From: Balanoglossus misakiensis
Taxonomy: Eukaryota > Animalia > Hemichordata
DNA length: 64,000 bases
Assembly: GCA_040954595.2 (NCBI GenBank)
Contig: CM082583.2
Span: forward strand, 3,233,060-3,297,059
Direction: 5' to 3'
Below are positions 42,868 through 55,696 of the stretch, piece by piece. The position numbers were made by a program, and so were the translations under genes. Under the pieces are notes generated by a model. It was not told the origin of the DNA, did not search any database, and was given only the letters and a program-made list of their open reading frames with translations. Numbering within the stretch: the stretch's first letter is position 1; each line of letters opens with the position of its first letter.

Positions 42868-44315
42868 TGTCAGAGACAGTTGGAAACGTCTTCTTGATTT
42901 TGCACGGTTGTCTGTGACCTGGACGCTGGTTGAAGGATAAACTGACCTACATTCAGGGAGTGTACATTTTACTTCGGGGAGGGGGGGGGTGCGTTTTCCT
43001 ATCTCTTTCTTGTTGGTGACACTTGCAGAAAATATTCTCACCTCAACTGTTGTCATGTCCGGTCAAGTGTCACGTGTACTTTCTTCTTGACAGGTCTTGG
43101 CAGGATGCCAAGTATTGTCAGCACCTTTGCTGGCCATTGAGTCCATTGATCTCCACCACCCCCTGGAGAAAAGGGTCAGATCTTGTTGAGAAGATGCCCC
43201 CTCCACACACACACATGCTGTCTTGTAAAAGGCACACATACAAATTGTAGAAGCACTGACACATGAAGTAGGAGTGTGACACAAACACACACAATACCTG
43301 ACCTTCAATCATTTAGGTCACAGTGCCCATTTACAAGTTCTCTCAAGCAGACAACCATAAATACAATCCCTGTAGGCAGCACACACAGTAATTCAGTCAT
43401 GCATTCCTCAAAGCAAGGGAAAGTTTGCACCTAGTTCAGTTTCATACAAAGCTTGACTTCTATTACCTGTCTAGCAACTCGTTGACCTGTGATGGGGCTT
43501 TGATTTATGGAGGCAACCTCAGCGACAATCTGGCAGTTAGGAATTCCTGCAGTTGATAGTGGAGGAATTCAATATTCATATATCAAAGGTCTGTGAGCTC
43601 AAATATACCTTTGGTCAGAATCTCTTAGGTTTCAGAAACTCAAGAAATGATTATGACGCACAATAGATTTCACTTTAGACTCCACACTTTTAATTGTCCA
43701 TTGAATAATGGATAATAGCATTATACACAACACCTAACATTATTTTGACTGTTTTGTCATTTGTCCCAACATGAACATGCCACAGGTGCTGATAGCAAAT
43801 CATTGTCAAATTCTCCTTCACAAGGGATCAGGACACAATAAATAAAAGATGTTCAAAGTAACAAAAATAATAACATGTAGTTAATAGTACATAGATATAT
43901 ATATATATATTCTGATAAAATTCTTGAAAGTTATGGCTACGGTCCTATTACATAAACATTTCACATCAGGCATGAGCCAGAGCTAACCCTTTTTTTCAAT
44001 TGACATTTGTCCAACTATGTCTGTTCTTATAACATGTTCACACTGGATAAAACTAGAAAGGCACAATTTTCCATTCGTAAACACAGAGAATTAATCCTTT
44101 GAGTTGCTTTGTCCACACACATGAAGTAAAAGCATGATATACCCTGACACTGGGCCCCACAGCAGGTTGCGGAGAGGTGGTAATCCTTACACAGGCTCAG
44201 GTCTGACCGGCAAAGCCGTCTCGAATCTGAAACGTTCCAGGACCTCTTAAACCGTTCCCCCATTAGTATTTGAGCTGAGACATTTCAGAAACATTTCAAT
44301 GATGTGAACGCCACA

Positions 44316-45620
44316 TTATTCACCTCTGTAAAATGCCACATTTTTATCCGTTTCATGAACCCTAACCTCGTACAGCAGTCCTTTAGGTAACTGTTCCTGC
44401 AGGTTGTCCCAAATGAAGATTGTGATGTTCTCTACAGTACTGACTTTGTCCTTGAAGTACACCACATCCTTGTCAATGTTTTTGTGGTCAAGATGATCCA
44501 TGATGCAGGTCTGTATTTGAACGAGGAAAAGAAGACGAAGTTTAACTCGAATCCGACTTTCTCTCACTGAACTAGAGCACACATTACTAAGAGTTATCTT
44601 AAAGATATTGCTCCACCTGGAAAGAAACATTTTTTGCTGTAATTCTCCAAGACTGGTGGATCGCTTACCTTCATGTATTTTTTCAGGTCAGTTATGTTCA
44701 CAACCATTCCAGTCACTGGATCCACCTGCAGTGATGGAAATGTTTCTTGTGAGATGGAAGAGTGAAAAATTAACCCTGAATTATTCAGTTCTATATAGGT
44801 GTAGACAAAACTATTCTGACATAATTCACAGTCTTTCTCCATGGAATTTTTAACTACAGTTCATAGGACTTCATTTATTTGTCATGATTTAACTTTCACA
44901 CAAAAACTAATCTCACCTTTCCTTTCACAATTACTTCAACTGCAAAACAATAAGAAGAAAAAATGTTAACTTCTGCATAACATGATCAAAACGTTGTACA
45001 TTGTCTGGTAACATTAATTACTTTGGTATTTACACAGATTTGGTGTTAGAACTGTGCTAACCTCACTTGGTGCTAGCACTGTGCTAGCCCACTGGTGAGT
45101 ACAAGTTGATGGTGAACATTATTGATAAATCAAACTCACCTTTATAATTATGCCCATGTCCGTTAGGGTTATTACAAGGACCATATAACTCTTTGTTTTC
45201 TTCATCAGTCAGCTGGGGACTAAATTGGAATTGAGAAAATGACACTCGAGTTTACTTGCTGTAAACGTCGGGCACTTTTTAGAGTCATTCAACTAGTACA
45301 TACCAGTACCGGTAAGTGTTAGACAGGCAGACTCACTGATAACAGCGAGGCCACAGGTTTTCCTGAATATGGGACAACCACGGATGTCTGGATTCCAGAC
45401 TAGGGCCAACCACACCATATGTCATGTTGGGGCCACAATTTAACACGGCCTCGGCGTGACACAGTATCATTTAGCAACTTAAAAAAATAAAGCTACTGTC
45501 GCTCTCTACCAGTGAAAATTATCAATTAAAATACACTCAATTTTACCTGTGCAAGCGATGAGCACAACTAAACGATTCGATCCTACTGACGTAAACTTCT
45601 CGCGTACGTCGTCCCTCCAT
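44316..45620 (-). CDS. PTS: 6-pyruvoyl tetrahydrobiopterin synthase, 5 coding exons
   Basis: SFSCAHRLHS, CNNPNGHGHNY, DPVTGMVVNITDLK, LDHKNID, STVEN, VHETDKN..YRGE*. Confidence 0.96.
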
Positions 45621-46582
45621 AGTTCAAAGAATGAGAATGAATATAGCCGTACATTTGCAAAATGTCGTACGTCGGGTCACGTGACGACCATTTTCACATA
45701 AAACAGAAAAAAAAACGTCCAATGTTGGATCAATGTTGCAGTATATGTTTTATAAATTTTACAAACGCGTGAAGTATTAGTGTACTTGACGTTTTCTCAG
45801 TTGTCGAAATACCTATCGCAGATTTTACAGTACACACATACATGATCCAAAAACAAAAGAACATCGCAAATCGGCCGAATCGAATCGATCACATACATTT
45901 TGCATTATTAATGAATAAAAAACGAAAGCAATTCCAAATGCTGTATTGAATCGATCCTTATACATGGATGTGTTTGAATCAGGGATTTTTAAAAGGCTTT
46001 GAATTTTGAAATGTGCAAACTCGTGAAAACAAAACTTCTGAATGGAAACCCAATCTTTACCAATGATGAAATAGAATCTCAGATAAATGCTCATGCTTTG
46101 TGCATGAATGTAAAGCATGATCAAACACACAGGTATTGATTTTATCACATGCTCATTTATTTCAGTTTATTTACTTCAGCACTACATGTAGATATATGTT
46201 GCAAAGAAACTGAATAGCATAGTAGTTGTGACACACATATACATGTATACATGTATATACTTTCTCAATTATGCATTCAAGTACATCTTAAGTTAAATTT
46301 TAACCAATCCAAAGTATAATACATAAAACAAAAACAATGTAATTATTTACAACACAAATTCAAATACATGTAACACCATGAACATGATAATTAGGCCACT
46401 AAGTTTACTCCCCATAACAATGTCACTGTAGTTGTCTACTTAATTATTTTAACTGTACATTTTAGCTAACAAGAAAGCAAAAAAATTACAGAATCATAAA
46501 ATTGGCTCAAAAGTCATCCCTAGCCAAACATAGGAGATTCTCCCTCGAAACATACAGCCTTCCATACTCTGGGAAAAAGTCA

Positions 46583-46601
46583 TAGCGCCCCCTGCTGGCA
46601 G
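46583..46601 (-). promoter_or_regulatory. CTCF consensus-like motif
   Basis: reverse strand reads CTGCCAGCAGGGGGCGCTA. Confidence 0.45.
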
Positions 46602-47500
46602 TATTTAAGTATGCCTTTGAAAAAAAAATACTTTATCCTTCAGTAAAGTAGCCAGTACAGTGAATTTCTACTTTTTAAAATCGACTAAACAAAATAAAAA
46701 GTTGACATTCTGTACATATGTCATTAAAACTGTAAAATCACTTTTCCGTAGTGCAATCTGCAGCGTTGTACAAGCTGTAAGTGCACCATCTACGCCGTTA
46801 AAAAAAAATGGCGCTAAAACTAAAATATTTCTGTTCGCACATCCTTTCTTCATATATTTTTGATATTAACAACAAATATGGACTAACGAAAGGAAATATG
46901 TAAAAATTACAACGCAATATACATCAGGCGATTTACAGGTAAGTTTTCAGAATTATTTTGCTCACATAAATTGATGAATCGCCTTCATCCTTTCGGATGC
47001 AATGGAGATCTGATGGAAAGTGGACCGCACATCATAACTTTCAGACCCCTCCATGTCAAAATTCATGAAAAAAATTCCAAAATGACTCAGATTTGGTTTA
47101 TACTCGTTACATGAAGCGACTGTAGGCTGAACTATTTTTCTTCCAAAATGGTCTTTGTAAATGTGGAAAAAAGAACCCAATTTTTGATTGTTTACATGCC
47201 AAGTTGACGGAAATGCATTCAGTTTCAGTCTTGTCTCAAAATCCCTCAAAATAAACTGCAAAAACAATTCAAAACAGCCTCAGTTTATTTCGTCTTCACT
47301 CAGTAGATGTAGCAACCGCACCTACAATTAATTTCTGTTTCGAATTTTACTTCAAAATGTGGAAAATAACTCCAAAAATTGTGAAAATGACATTGGTTCA
47401 GTTTGAACTTTGTTGCTATGGTTGCGGTCTTTAGTTTATCGACGCGGCCTCTAAATTTCTCCCAAATTTCACCGTTTTTGATGTCGTGTGGACATGTATT

Positions 47501-50500
47501 TTATGGAGATGTCTGCTTGTAGAATACTTTGATTTGGTCGCTGTAAGACTCTCCAACAGCAATTCTGTCACTGCTGACTGCAAGGAACATAGGGTGTCCC
47601 ACCCCCCCTTCAAATAAGTGACAGATCCACTCTTCATCAAATCTCCATTTCACAATCCTATCATTCCAATAATCACACACAAACAAATTATCGTCGTCAT
47701 CGACGTCAATGCTGTGTGGACGCCTCAGCTGACCAAGACCTGAACCTTTCACACCAAATTGATACAAGAATTTCAATTCAGCATCAAAACACTTGATGCA
47801 GTGATTGTAATAGTCAGACACCATGATGACATTCTTACTGTTGACCACCACAGAGGATGGCCAATTGAATTGTGTTTGGCCATCACCATAACCACCAACC
47901 TCTGCAACATACTGACCATCTTGGGTGTACTTGAGTAGCCGATGACCTTCGAAATCAGTGACCAAAACAAATCCATTCAGTAGAGTGATGCCATAGACAT
48001 TGACGCCTGCAGGTAGAGTAATTATTCTAAGAATTTTATTGTTTTGATCACAAACAACAATTTGAGAATTTCCACCATCATTTATGAAGTAGATGTTGTC
48101 ATGGGAGACAGCTACATCCCATGGCTGGAATGGCTTTGCAAACTGACCATCAAAACTTCCCAAGACTTTGTCACAGGTGTAATCTTGATTCAGTATCTGT
48201 ACAACCCTGCTTTCTTCGTCACACACCACCAGTTTGTCGCCATGGAACACGATACCTCTTGGTCGATTAAACTTTCGCCCTGGCTTTGGACTTTGGCCAT
48301 CTAGTATCCTCACTGGCCAGTGACCTGTTAGGTGAAACAAAGGTCAAAGGTCATAAAAATTCTTGAACTAAACTTCAGGGATAATTCCTCAGTTCGTTAT
48401 TTTCCTGAACAAATTTATTATGGTAACATTATAAACTGGTAACCATGGCAACTGAATTTATTTTGAAAAATACATGGCACTTTGCAAGAGTTAGTGTTAA
48501 TAATAAAACTTCTTTTAAAAAATTGAAATGCTTGGATAAATTTTCTGCCAAAGTACTCTATATGTTTCAATATATTGATTTTGATATTTCTTGATAACAT
48601 ATTGGTTACAATCATTTTGAACCACATATACCAGTAGGTCAGCCAGTTCTTGGTTTGTGGTAAGGTTGGGAATGAGATGAATATTACCTTTGTTTCTTTT
48701 TCTAGCCCACCCAGAGATGGTCTGTTGTCAAATTAGTAATTATCACATTGGTGAACAGAGAACAAATCTACTGTCCTCAGCTGAGAAGGCTGCCACTTTC
48801 TGAGACCAAGTGAGTATTTTTGTTGAACAAACGCATGAGAAAATAAATGTTGTAACTTTAACTTTGAAGAATTAACTGATATTGTTGTCCTAGGTGGGCT
48901 ACTTGAAACGAAAATAGGCTAGTGAAAATGGTGATATATTTACTAGAAAGTCTATCTGAAAGGAGTTTGTTAATGATTGCAGATGATCTGAGAGATGGAA
49001 AACCTTCAGTCACTTAGGATGAGTCATGATAATGGTCTGTCTCAACACCACTGGCTGTTCCAGAATGTCACTTGGATAAAAAAATTGATATTAGTTCCTA
49101 ATTTGAATTTCATGATTTGTACTATGAAAGCAGTGCTTTTAACCTTTTCACCACCATGGTTTGGTCGAAATCCATCGTTTTCTATTGTAAATTTGGACAT
49201 ACATAGAGGGAACTCAGAGAGTAAAAGGGTTAAAATGGGATCCTTGAGGAATCACTAAAAGACTTAATTCCACATGATGCTTTACTCTGAACGGATGCCA
49301 GTGAAATGTGTTCTGTACATTTAGCCTCCATACATTTTCTGAGTATGTCAGGTTTCATTGACTTACCTTTCTCAGCAGTAGTCTGTCTTTCTTTTGGCTT
49401 TGGTTCATCTTGTTTTGTTAGGTCTGCAGACCCAGATGCCTCTTCTCTTGTCTCAGGTTGTGTTGGTTTGGTTTTGGCATCCCCAGTTTCTTTTTCCTCA
49501 GTTGTCTCAGGTTGTGGATGTTTGGTTTCCCCCGATCCAGTTTCTTCTTCTCTTCTCATCTCAGGTTGTGTTGGTTTGGTTTTGGCATCCCCAGTTTCTT
49601 TTTCCTCAGTAGTTTCAGTATCACCAGCTTTAATTCAAAATTGAAATGAGAAGACAAAAATTGAATTCCCCCGAGTTTGTTAATAAATGTATCTTCAAAA
49701 GCCTGATAAACAGTGTTGAAAATTGAACAGGATATGTTGACCTCAGTTAAAAGTAGAAAATATCAGCAACATTCTATTTTACAATTTTAAAGTTAAAATT
49801 GAAGCCACAGGATAAAATGAAAGCCAATATGGTAAATCCTCTGGATTACGAAGATTGTTGTAATCATCAGCATGTCTCATTTACAAGGCTTACTAATAAT
49901 ATGAACTAGCTGTTTTTATGTCATGACCACATCCCAAAATAAACTTAAAATCAATCTCACCTTGTCCCGTTTTTGATTTTATATCTTCTCCCAGTTGAAG
50001 ACCCATAGCCTTTTTCAGTTGCAGCTCATTAGCAGATTGCTCATCATGTTTTTTTGATAATTTTGATTTGAGTTCAGCAATTATTTGGTCTTTCTGATCA
50101 AGTTTGGACTTCAACTCTTGAATGTGTCTAGGGTCTGATTCTTCTAATCTTTGCTTGTGGGAAATGACATCCATAAGTTGTGTGGCAGCTACTTTCTCAA
50201 CACTTGCAAGTTTCTGTTTGTACTGCTCTTCTAAGAGTGACTTTTCCTGAATTGTTTCTTTCAACTGATTCTCTAGAATCATCTTCTCTTTCTGCAGTTC
50301 AGTGGTAACGGTCAATTTATCAGAGAGCTCTGACAATTTTGTCTCCAGTTCAGTTATGGTTTGTTCCTTTTTCTCAAGTTGTGAGGCAGCTGCTTTTTCA
50401 GCACTTGCAAGTTTTTGTTTGCACTGCTCTTCTAAGAGTGACTTTTCCTGAAGTGCTTCTTTCAACTGATTCTCTAGAATCATCTTCTCTTTCTGCAGTT

Positions 50501-53500
50501 TAGTAATTTCTCCAACTAGCTTTCTCTTATTCTCAACTGACTCAGTCTGCAGTTTAGTGATTTCTCCAACTAGCTTTCTCTTATTCTCAACTGACTCAGT
50601 CTGAATTTTAGACTTCTCTGTCAGGGCCCCATCCAACTGTTGTTTTAGTTCTTTGAGCTGCTTTGCACTAGCTTCAAAGGGCAATATGCTTTTTGCTTGT
50701 AAGCTGATAGATTCAGCTGGTATGGGATGAATTGGTCTGCCATGTTGTATGATTTCATCTTCCAACTCTGAAATGGAGAATGTAGATAAATCTGTGATGG
50801 ATATATCGTTACCCTGGACATGCACTGTTGTACATGTATGCATATCATACTTTGGCATGATCTATTAATCTCGAGCACATATTTTCCCATACTGTACCTT
50901 GATCCATAGAATACATTGCATCTGTGTAAAAATGTGCTGACTGTTAAACACAGAGAATGATTTAATTGCAAAGCTAGTTGCAAAGTTTCATTCATGTTGC
51001 ACAGTGCATACATATATAGCTGCATGTGGTATGTTCCCATTACTTTTCATTGCGAAGTGCAGCAAACATATTTCTAGTAAAGCATGTTAGTATGAACTTG
51101 TCATGGAATTTGCTGGGTTTTTCTGCATCAAATTTTTCAGTTAGTTTTTAGTACATTTTGACCTCTATAGAGGGAACTGTGGTTGGAAGGGTTAACATAC
51201 CGTAGGATCCTTAAGGAAACACTAAAAGACTAAGCCACTGATGCTTTACTCTGAACAGATGCCATTGAAAAGTGTACTGTACAATATTAACCTGTTAAAT
51301 TTACTGGACATCGTGGCAAATTTCATTACATGTACCTTACCTTTCTCAGCTGTAGTCTGTCTTTCTTTTGGCTTTGGTTCATCTTGTTTTGTTAGGTCTG
51401 CAGACCCAGCAGATGCCTCTTCTCTTGTCTCAGGTTGTGTTGGTTTGGTTTTGGCATCCCCAGTTTCTTTTTCTGCAGTTGTCTCAGGATGTGGATGTTT
51501 GGTTTCCCCCGATCCAGTTTCTTCTTCTCTTCTCATCTCAGGTTGTGTTGGTTTGGTTTTGGCATCCCCAGTTTCTTTTTCTGCAGTTGTCTCAGGTTGT
51601 GGATGTTTGGTTTCCTCTGCATGAGTTTCTTCTTCTCGAATCCCAGGTTGTGTTGGTTGGGATGATAATTTCATATCATTTCTTCTGTATAAAAACAGAA
51701 ATTGCACAAAAATCCACTTGTAATTTTTAAATATTTTTTTACCACTTCCAAATTGAATTTTTTTATAAACTTGACAGAATTTGTTTGAAATACCGATCAA
51801 ATCACTTTCTGTCAAGTTTATAAAAAAAAGCTTATCGCGCTTTCTACATCAGTGTGAGAACTTGTTACACACAATGTTAAAAAAATGGGCCATTACTCAA
51901 GTTGATGTGTAAGTTTGATGTTTTGATGCAATATTTTCTATGGACGCATCAAAAATACGCATGGCCAAATATCATAGCGCTACCTCTGAGTATATCTTGA
52001 ATATGTGCAAATTTTATTTGTATTTTATCTCTTTTGGTTCACTCTATTTTGGCAATTAATTTTAATCAAGATGTTCATTTAATATTAAGTGTGACTGATG
52101 ATGCGATCCAATGTGATCACAATTATCTTTTTATGTGTGTTGTTTTATTAAGTAAATGACACTGATATGCCACAAATGATTTTCTTTGAAATAGCAATAA
52201 CCCCTGCAATGGACAGGTAAACACTTGAGTTGGGTACAATTCGCTCCATATAGCACTCGCCTAACGCCTTGGCTTTTTTACCCAAATCTTGTGTATACCC
52301 CGCCTGCAGTGGGGGTTATTGCTTAAATATACATCAGCTTTTCAGTTGGTTTACCTACCTTTCAGGATTGTCCTTTTTTGTTTTTATTCTGCACAAATAC
52401 AACACTAAGAGTAACACCAACACTCCAATTACGATTAGTACTGCTACATGTACCGGTATCTCAGGCGTGTAAACCATGATATCTACAAAAAGAAATAAAA
52501 CCAATTTGTGGAGATTAAATCCATACATTTTTGAGGGTCATATAATGATTTTTATTCACAAAGGAGTAATAAGAAAGTACTAAGAGCAGGATTGAATAAT
52601 TTGTAATGTGACAATAGCCTTTGCCTACAGGCTTTGTGAACGCTTGAGTCATGAGATTTTGCTGATACTAGACTTGGAGACCTTGGAGATGTAAGTTTGG
52701 GGATTAGTGTGCAGATCCATCTCGCGATTCTAAAGCAAACATCATTGACTCACTCGAACCTTAGTCAGGCATCATGATTTCATGCAAATTAAGGGAAATA
52801 GACCTAAATGTGACCTACATCTAGACCAAAGACATGACATTATTAAACCACATCTAGGTAAATCTAGCATGAAATGTCAACCAAGTTGGACAGCAGATAG
52901 TCATATAGACCTTGTTAATTTGCAATTCTAACTTATTTTCATTCAAATTGGCCTTTTTTCCACTTCAGTGTGTTATATTAGTACCACATTTATCACCACA
53001 CACACATGTGTGTCCTAATAATTCCTTCTAAGATGATATCTGAATTGGTGTGGCCAAAACGTGAGGTTTTAATGCCTCCGGGAGTCAGAGAGGTTTATTA
53101 TGATAACGTACCTTTCAAACCTTCCACCTGTAGAATGTTATTAACGGCTTCTGATGAAGGAAGGACTGGTCCATTCTCTATATCATGTTTTTGTATTTTT
53201 CTAAAACTACCTGTCAAAACAACCAAGAAATATTATTTTGAGTAAAGAATAAAATCATTCACAACATTAAAAAAAATAAAAAAAATCACTTATTACAATA
53301 TTAAACCAAAACCTGACAATGTGTGAACATCCATACTAACATTCATCAGGGATATTTTGTCCCAGACTTGCCTGCGGCTCGTGTGGGACGAAAATCCCCA
53401 ACTAGTGTGAGAAATATGATCCCAGGTCTTTGGGATGAGTGTGAGATTCTATTATTCTCACAATCTTGCCGCTGGGAGAGTGGGATCAAATCGATCCCAC

Positions 53501-55696
53501 ACTCTGTGTAAATGCGTTGTTACAGCTTTATGTGACAATAGCTCACAATGGGCAAATATCCAATGTGTGATGTCTTGTACATGCACACTGAAACTACAAT
53601 GTGAGCAGGTCATAATGTGCAGGCATTTAATGTCTTGACTTTGGATAATGTTGTACATAGTGGCTGGGTGACAGACTCGCAAAAGAAGGTCGAATTTTCC
53701 AGATATCCAGTTAATATAGGACATTAGTTCATCCCGAGCGATTTCTTGTCTGGAGCTAAAGTTGATCAGCTTTCAGCAGTGAAATTCGCTGCTGACTAGT
53801 CTCAGGTGTGTGTGACTGTGTGTGTTTGTGTAGAGAGAGAGACACTACTGTACATTACTTGTCATTCTTATTCAAGGCAAATTACAAGTATCATATGCAA
53901 AGTTATAGTTATAGGTTATACATGTAGTTGTTTGGCATGTTTAACGTACCTTCCGTAGTTTTCTTCCCCGGAATATATGCCAATAACTCCTGATGTGATG
54001 CAGCAATCGATCCATTGTCAATGCTTTTTTGAAGTTTCGGTTTAAGATCAGATACTGTCGTAAAGATAGCTGTATGGTAGTGATTTGTTAGTAGTGGCAG
54101 TATTTTATCCTCCCATTTCTTTGCTGCATAATCGCTATCATGATTAATACCAATTCCTTCTACCACAATGTCATCATAATACTGGGGAAAATCCTCCTTT
54201 ATAAATTCTGCCAGTCCAGAGTGACTTGTTATAAGAACTGGAACACCAGCAACAAGCGCTAACAGGCCGAGCATACCAAATGAATCTTTACTTGTGTCAA
54301 GAAGCATCAAATGACATTGACGAAAATCAATAAGTAATTGTTGCACTTTGCAATGATTCTTCTTAAATTCATAAACATTTATGTGCAAGTCTGGGAAACG
54401 TGACCTATAGTGTTGCAAAACTTTGTTACGTTCAGTAACATTGTGAAACGTTCCCCGTACCTTCAAGTTTATTGCATTTATATCTACATAAAACTGAGCA
54501 GATTGTTTCGCTACAGCGCCCATTGCAGTTGTTATGACATCTAAATTTTCACAACATCCATTGATATCTCTTTCCTCCGAAAGTGACACAAGAATTTCTA
54601 CCGTTTTGTCAATTTTGGAATTGCTAATGTGATTTTGAGTACGAAATACTTGCTTATCAATATGAGGTAAGAATTTAATATGTTTTGGTTCTTTGTCGAG
54701 AGCACGGAATTTATTCGAAAAATAGCCAAATACTTTTGGTCCAACTGAGATAACAAATCGTGCTATTGTCGCGTACTGGAGCACATTATCTTCAAAATCA
54801 TCTGCTTTGTCAAGAATAGGCACAGGATTGAGAGGAATATTAGTCAGGACAAGAATAAATTCTGCATTCTGGAAAATGTCATGTTTCATTGACAATGCTG
54901 CTCTTGCAGTATCCTTGTAGCCTGTAAAGCCAATAATTGTATGAATATGTCCATAATACTGATGTAAATTCGGGAATAAAGTTTTGTGAAAGTTGAGCGA
55001 TTCAGCTGATATTGGCCTTATCTGTTCCATTTTGACTGTTGGCTGTATCACGCAAATTCCATTCTCCTCAGCATCTGACTTTTCTTCGGGCAAGGGATCA
55101 AGAGTAGTAATGTAAACATCATAGCCTTGGCGCTTGAATATGCTGCTGAGACTTGTTTGGAGTAAATACAATGACGGATCTTCAGGCCACCATCCTGTAC
55201 TGACCATTAGAATACCATTATCTGAGAAAGAAACAACAGAGAAAATAATTTAGGTCGTCATATGTACCTTAACCTGGTACCGCGGTACAGCAGGTACATA
55301 TAACAATAGGTGGACAAGTTAACGAGAGACAAAACTTCGTCACAAACATGCCATGTGATAACAGAGGGAGTGTCAAAGCTTTAACTGCGTGTACTATACA
55401 AACAGTGGCGCTGTGTTTGTTTACATTTCTTTTAGCCCTTTTCCCATTTTCTTGTAGGCGTGTCCACTTAGTAATGCAAGGCATGATCATTAATAATGTA
55501 TAATGATGATGTCACAAAATTAACTGGTATTGAAAAGACTATAATATAAACGGAGGTAATAAGATCACATTAGGAAAAACTTACTGTTGTCTGTTTTTGA
55601 ACATTCGCTATTTGCACGGGTCGCCAATGATTGTATGCCATAGAGCGAGATGAAACATGCAATGGTCAGCACATAAGTTGAAATCTTCATCATCAT
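47501..55696 (-). CDS. Putative type-I membrane protein: signal peptide, GT-B (Glycos_transf_1-like) domain, TM, acidic repeats, coiled coil, NHL repeats
   Basis: Phase-compatible exons: 55696-55585 (MMMKISTYVLTIACFISLYGIQSLA), 55221-53950 (GT-like, FGMLGLLALVAGVPVLITSHSGLAEF), ~53211-53112, ~52482-52359 (VAVLIVIGVLVLLLVLYLC-RIKTKK), ~51685-51341, ~50768-49961, ~49629-49367, ~48324-47501 (NHL: FNRPRGI, FNWPSSV, LRRPHSI). The joining is inferred. Confidence 0.65.
49195..51650. repeat. Duplicated repeat-exon plus flanking intron (49195-49620 vs 51165-51650), each with ~102-bp internal tandem units
   Basis: ETKHPQPETT(A/E)EKETGDAKTKPTQPE(M/T)R units; both exons end DLTKQDEPKPKERQTTAEK|G. Confidence 0.9.

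Noticed and set aside
43041-43312. Cys-rich short ORFs upstream of the sulfotransferase
   Set aside because: Partly driven by TG/CA repeats, end in stops and show no recognisable domain; at most a 5'UTR exon.
49367-51650. Regularly spaced repeats suggesting a CRISPR-like array
   Set aside because: In-frame coding tandem repeats without unique spacers, in a eukaryotic context with no cas genes.
49306-51730. Plus-strand hydrophobic ORFs with repeats
   Set aside because: Antisense shadows of the minus-strand repeat exons.
53909-55207. Long uninterrupted GT-like ORF as a recent bacterial horizontal transfer or contamination
   Set aside because: It is bounded by canonical splice sites, has host-like composition, and similar domains are known in other marine invertebrates; an ancient transfer cannot be judged from this window.
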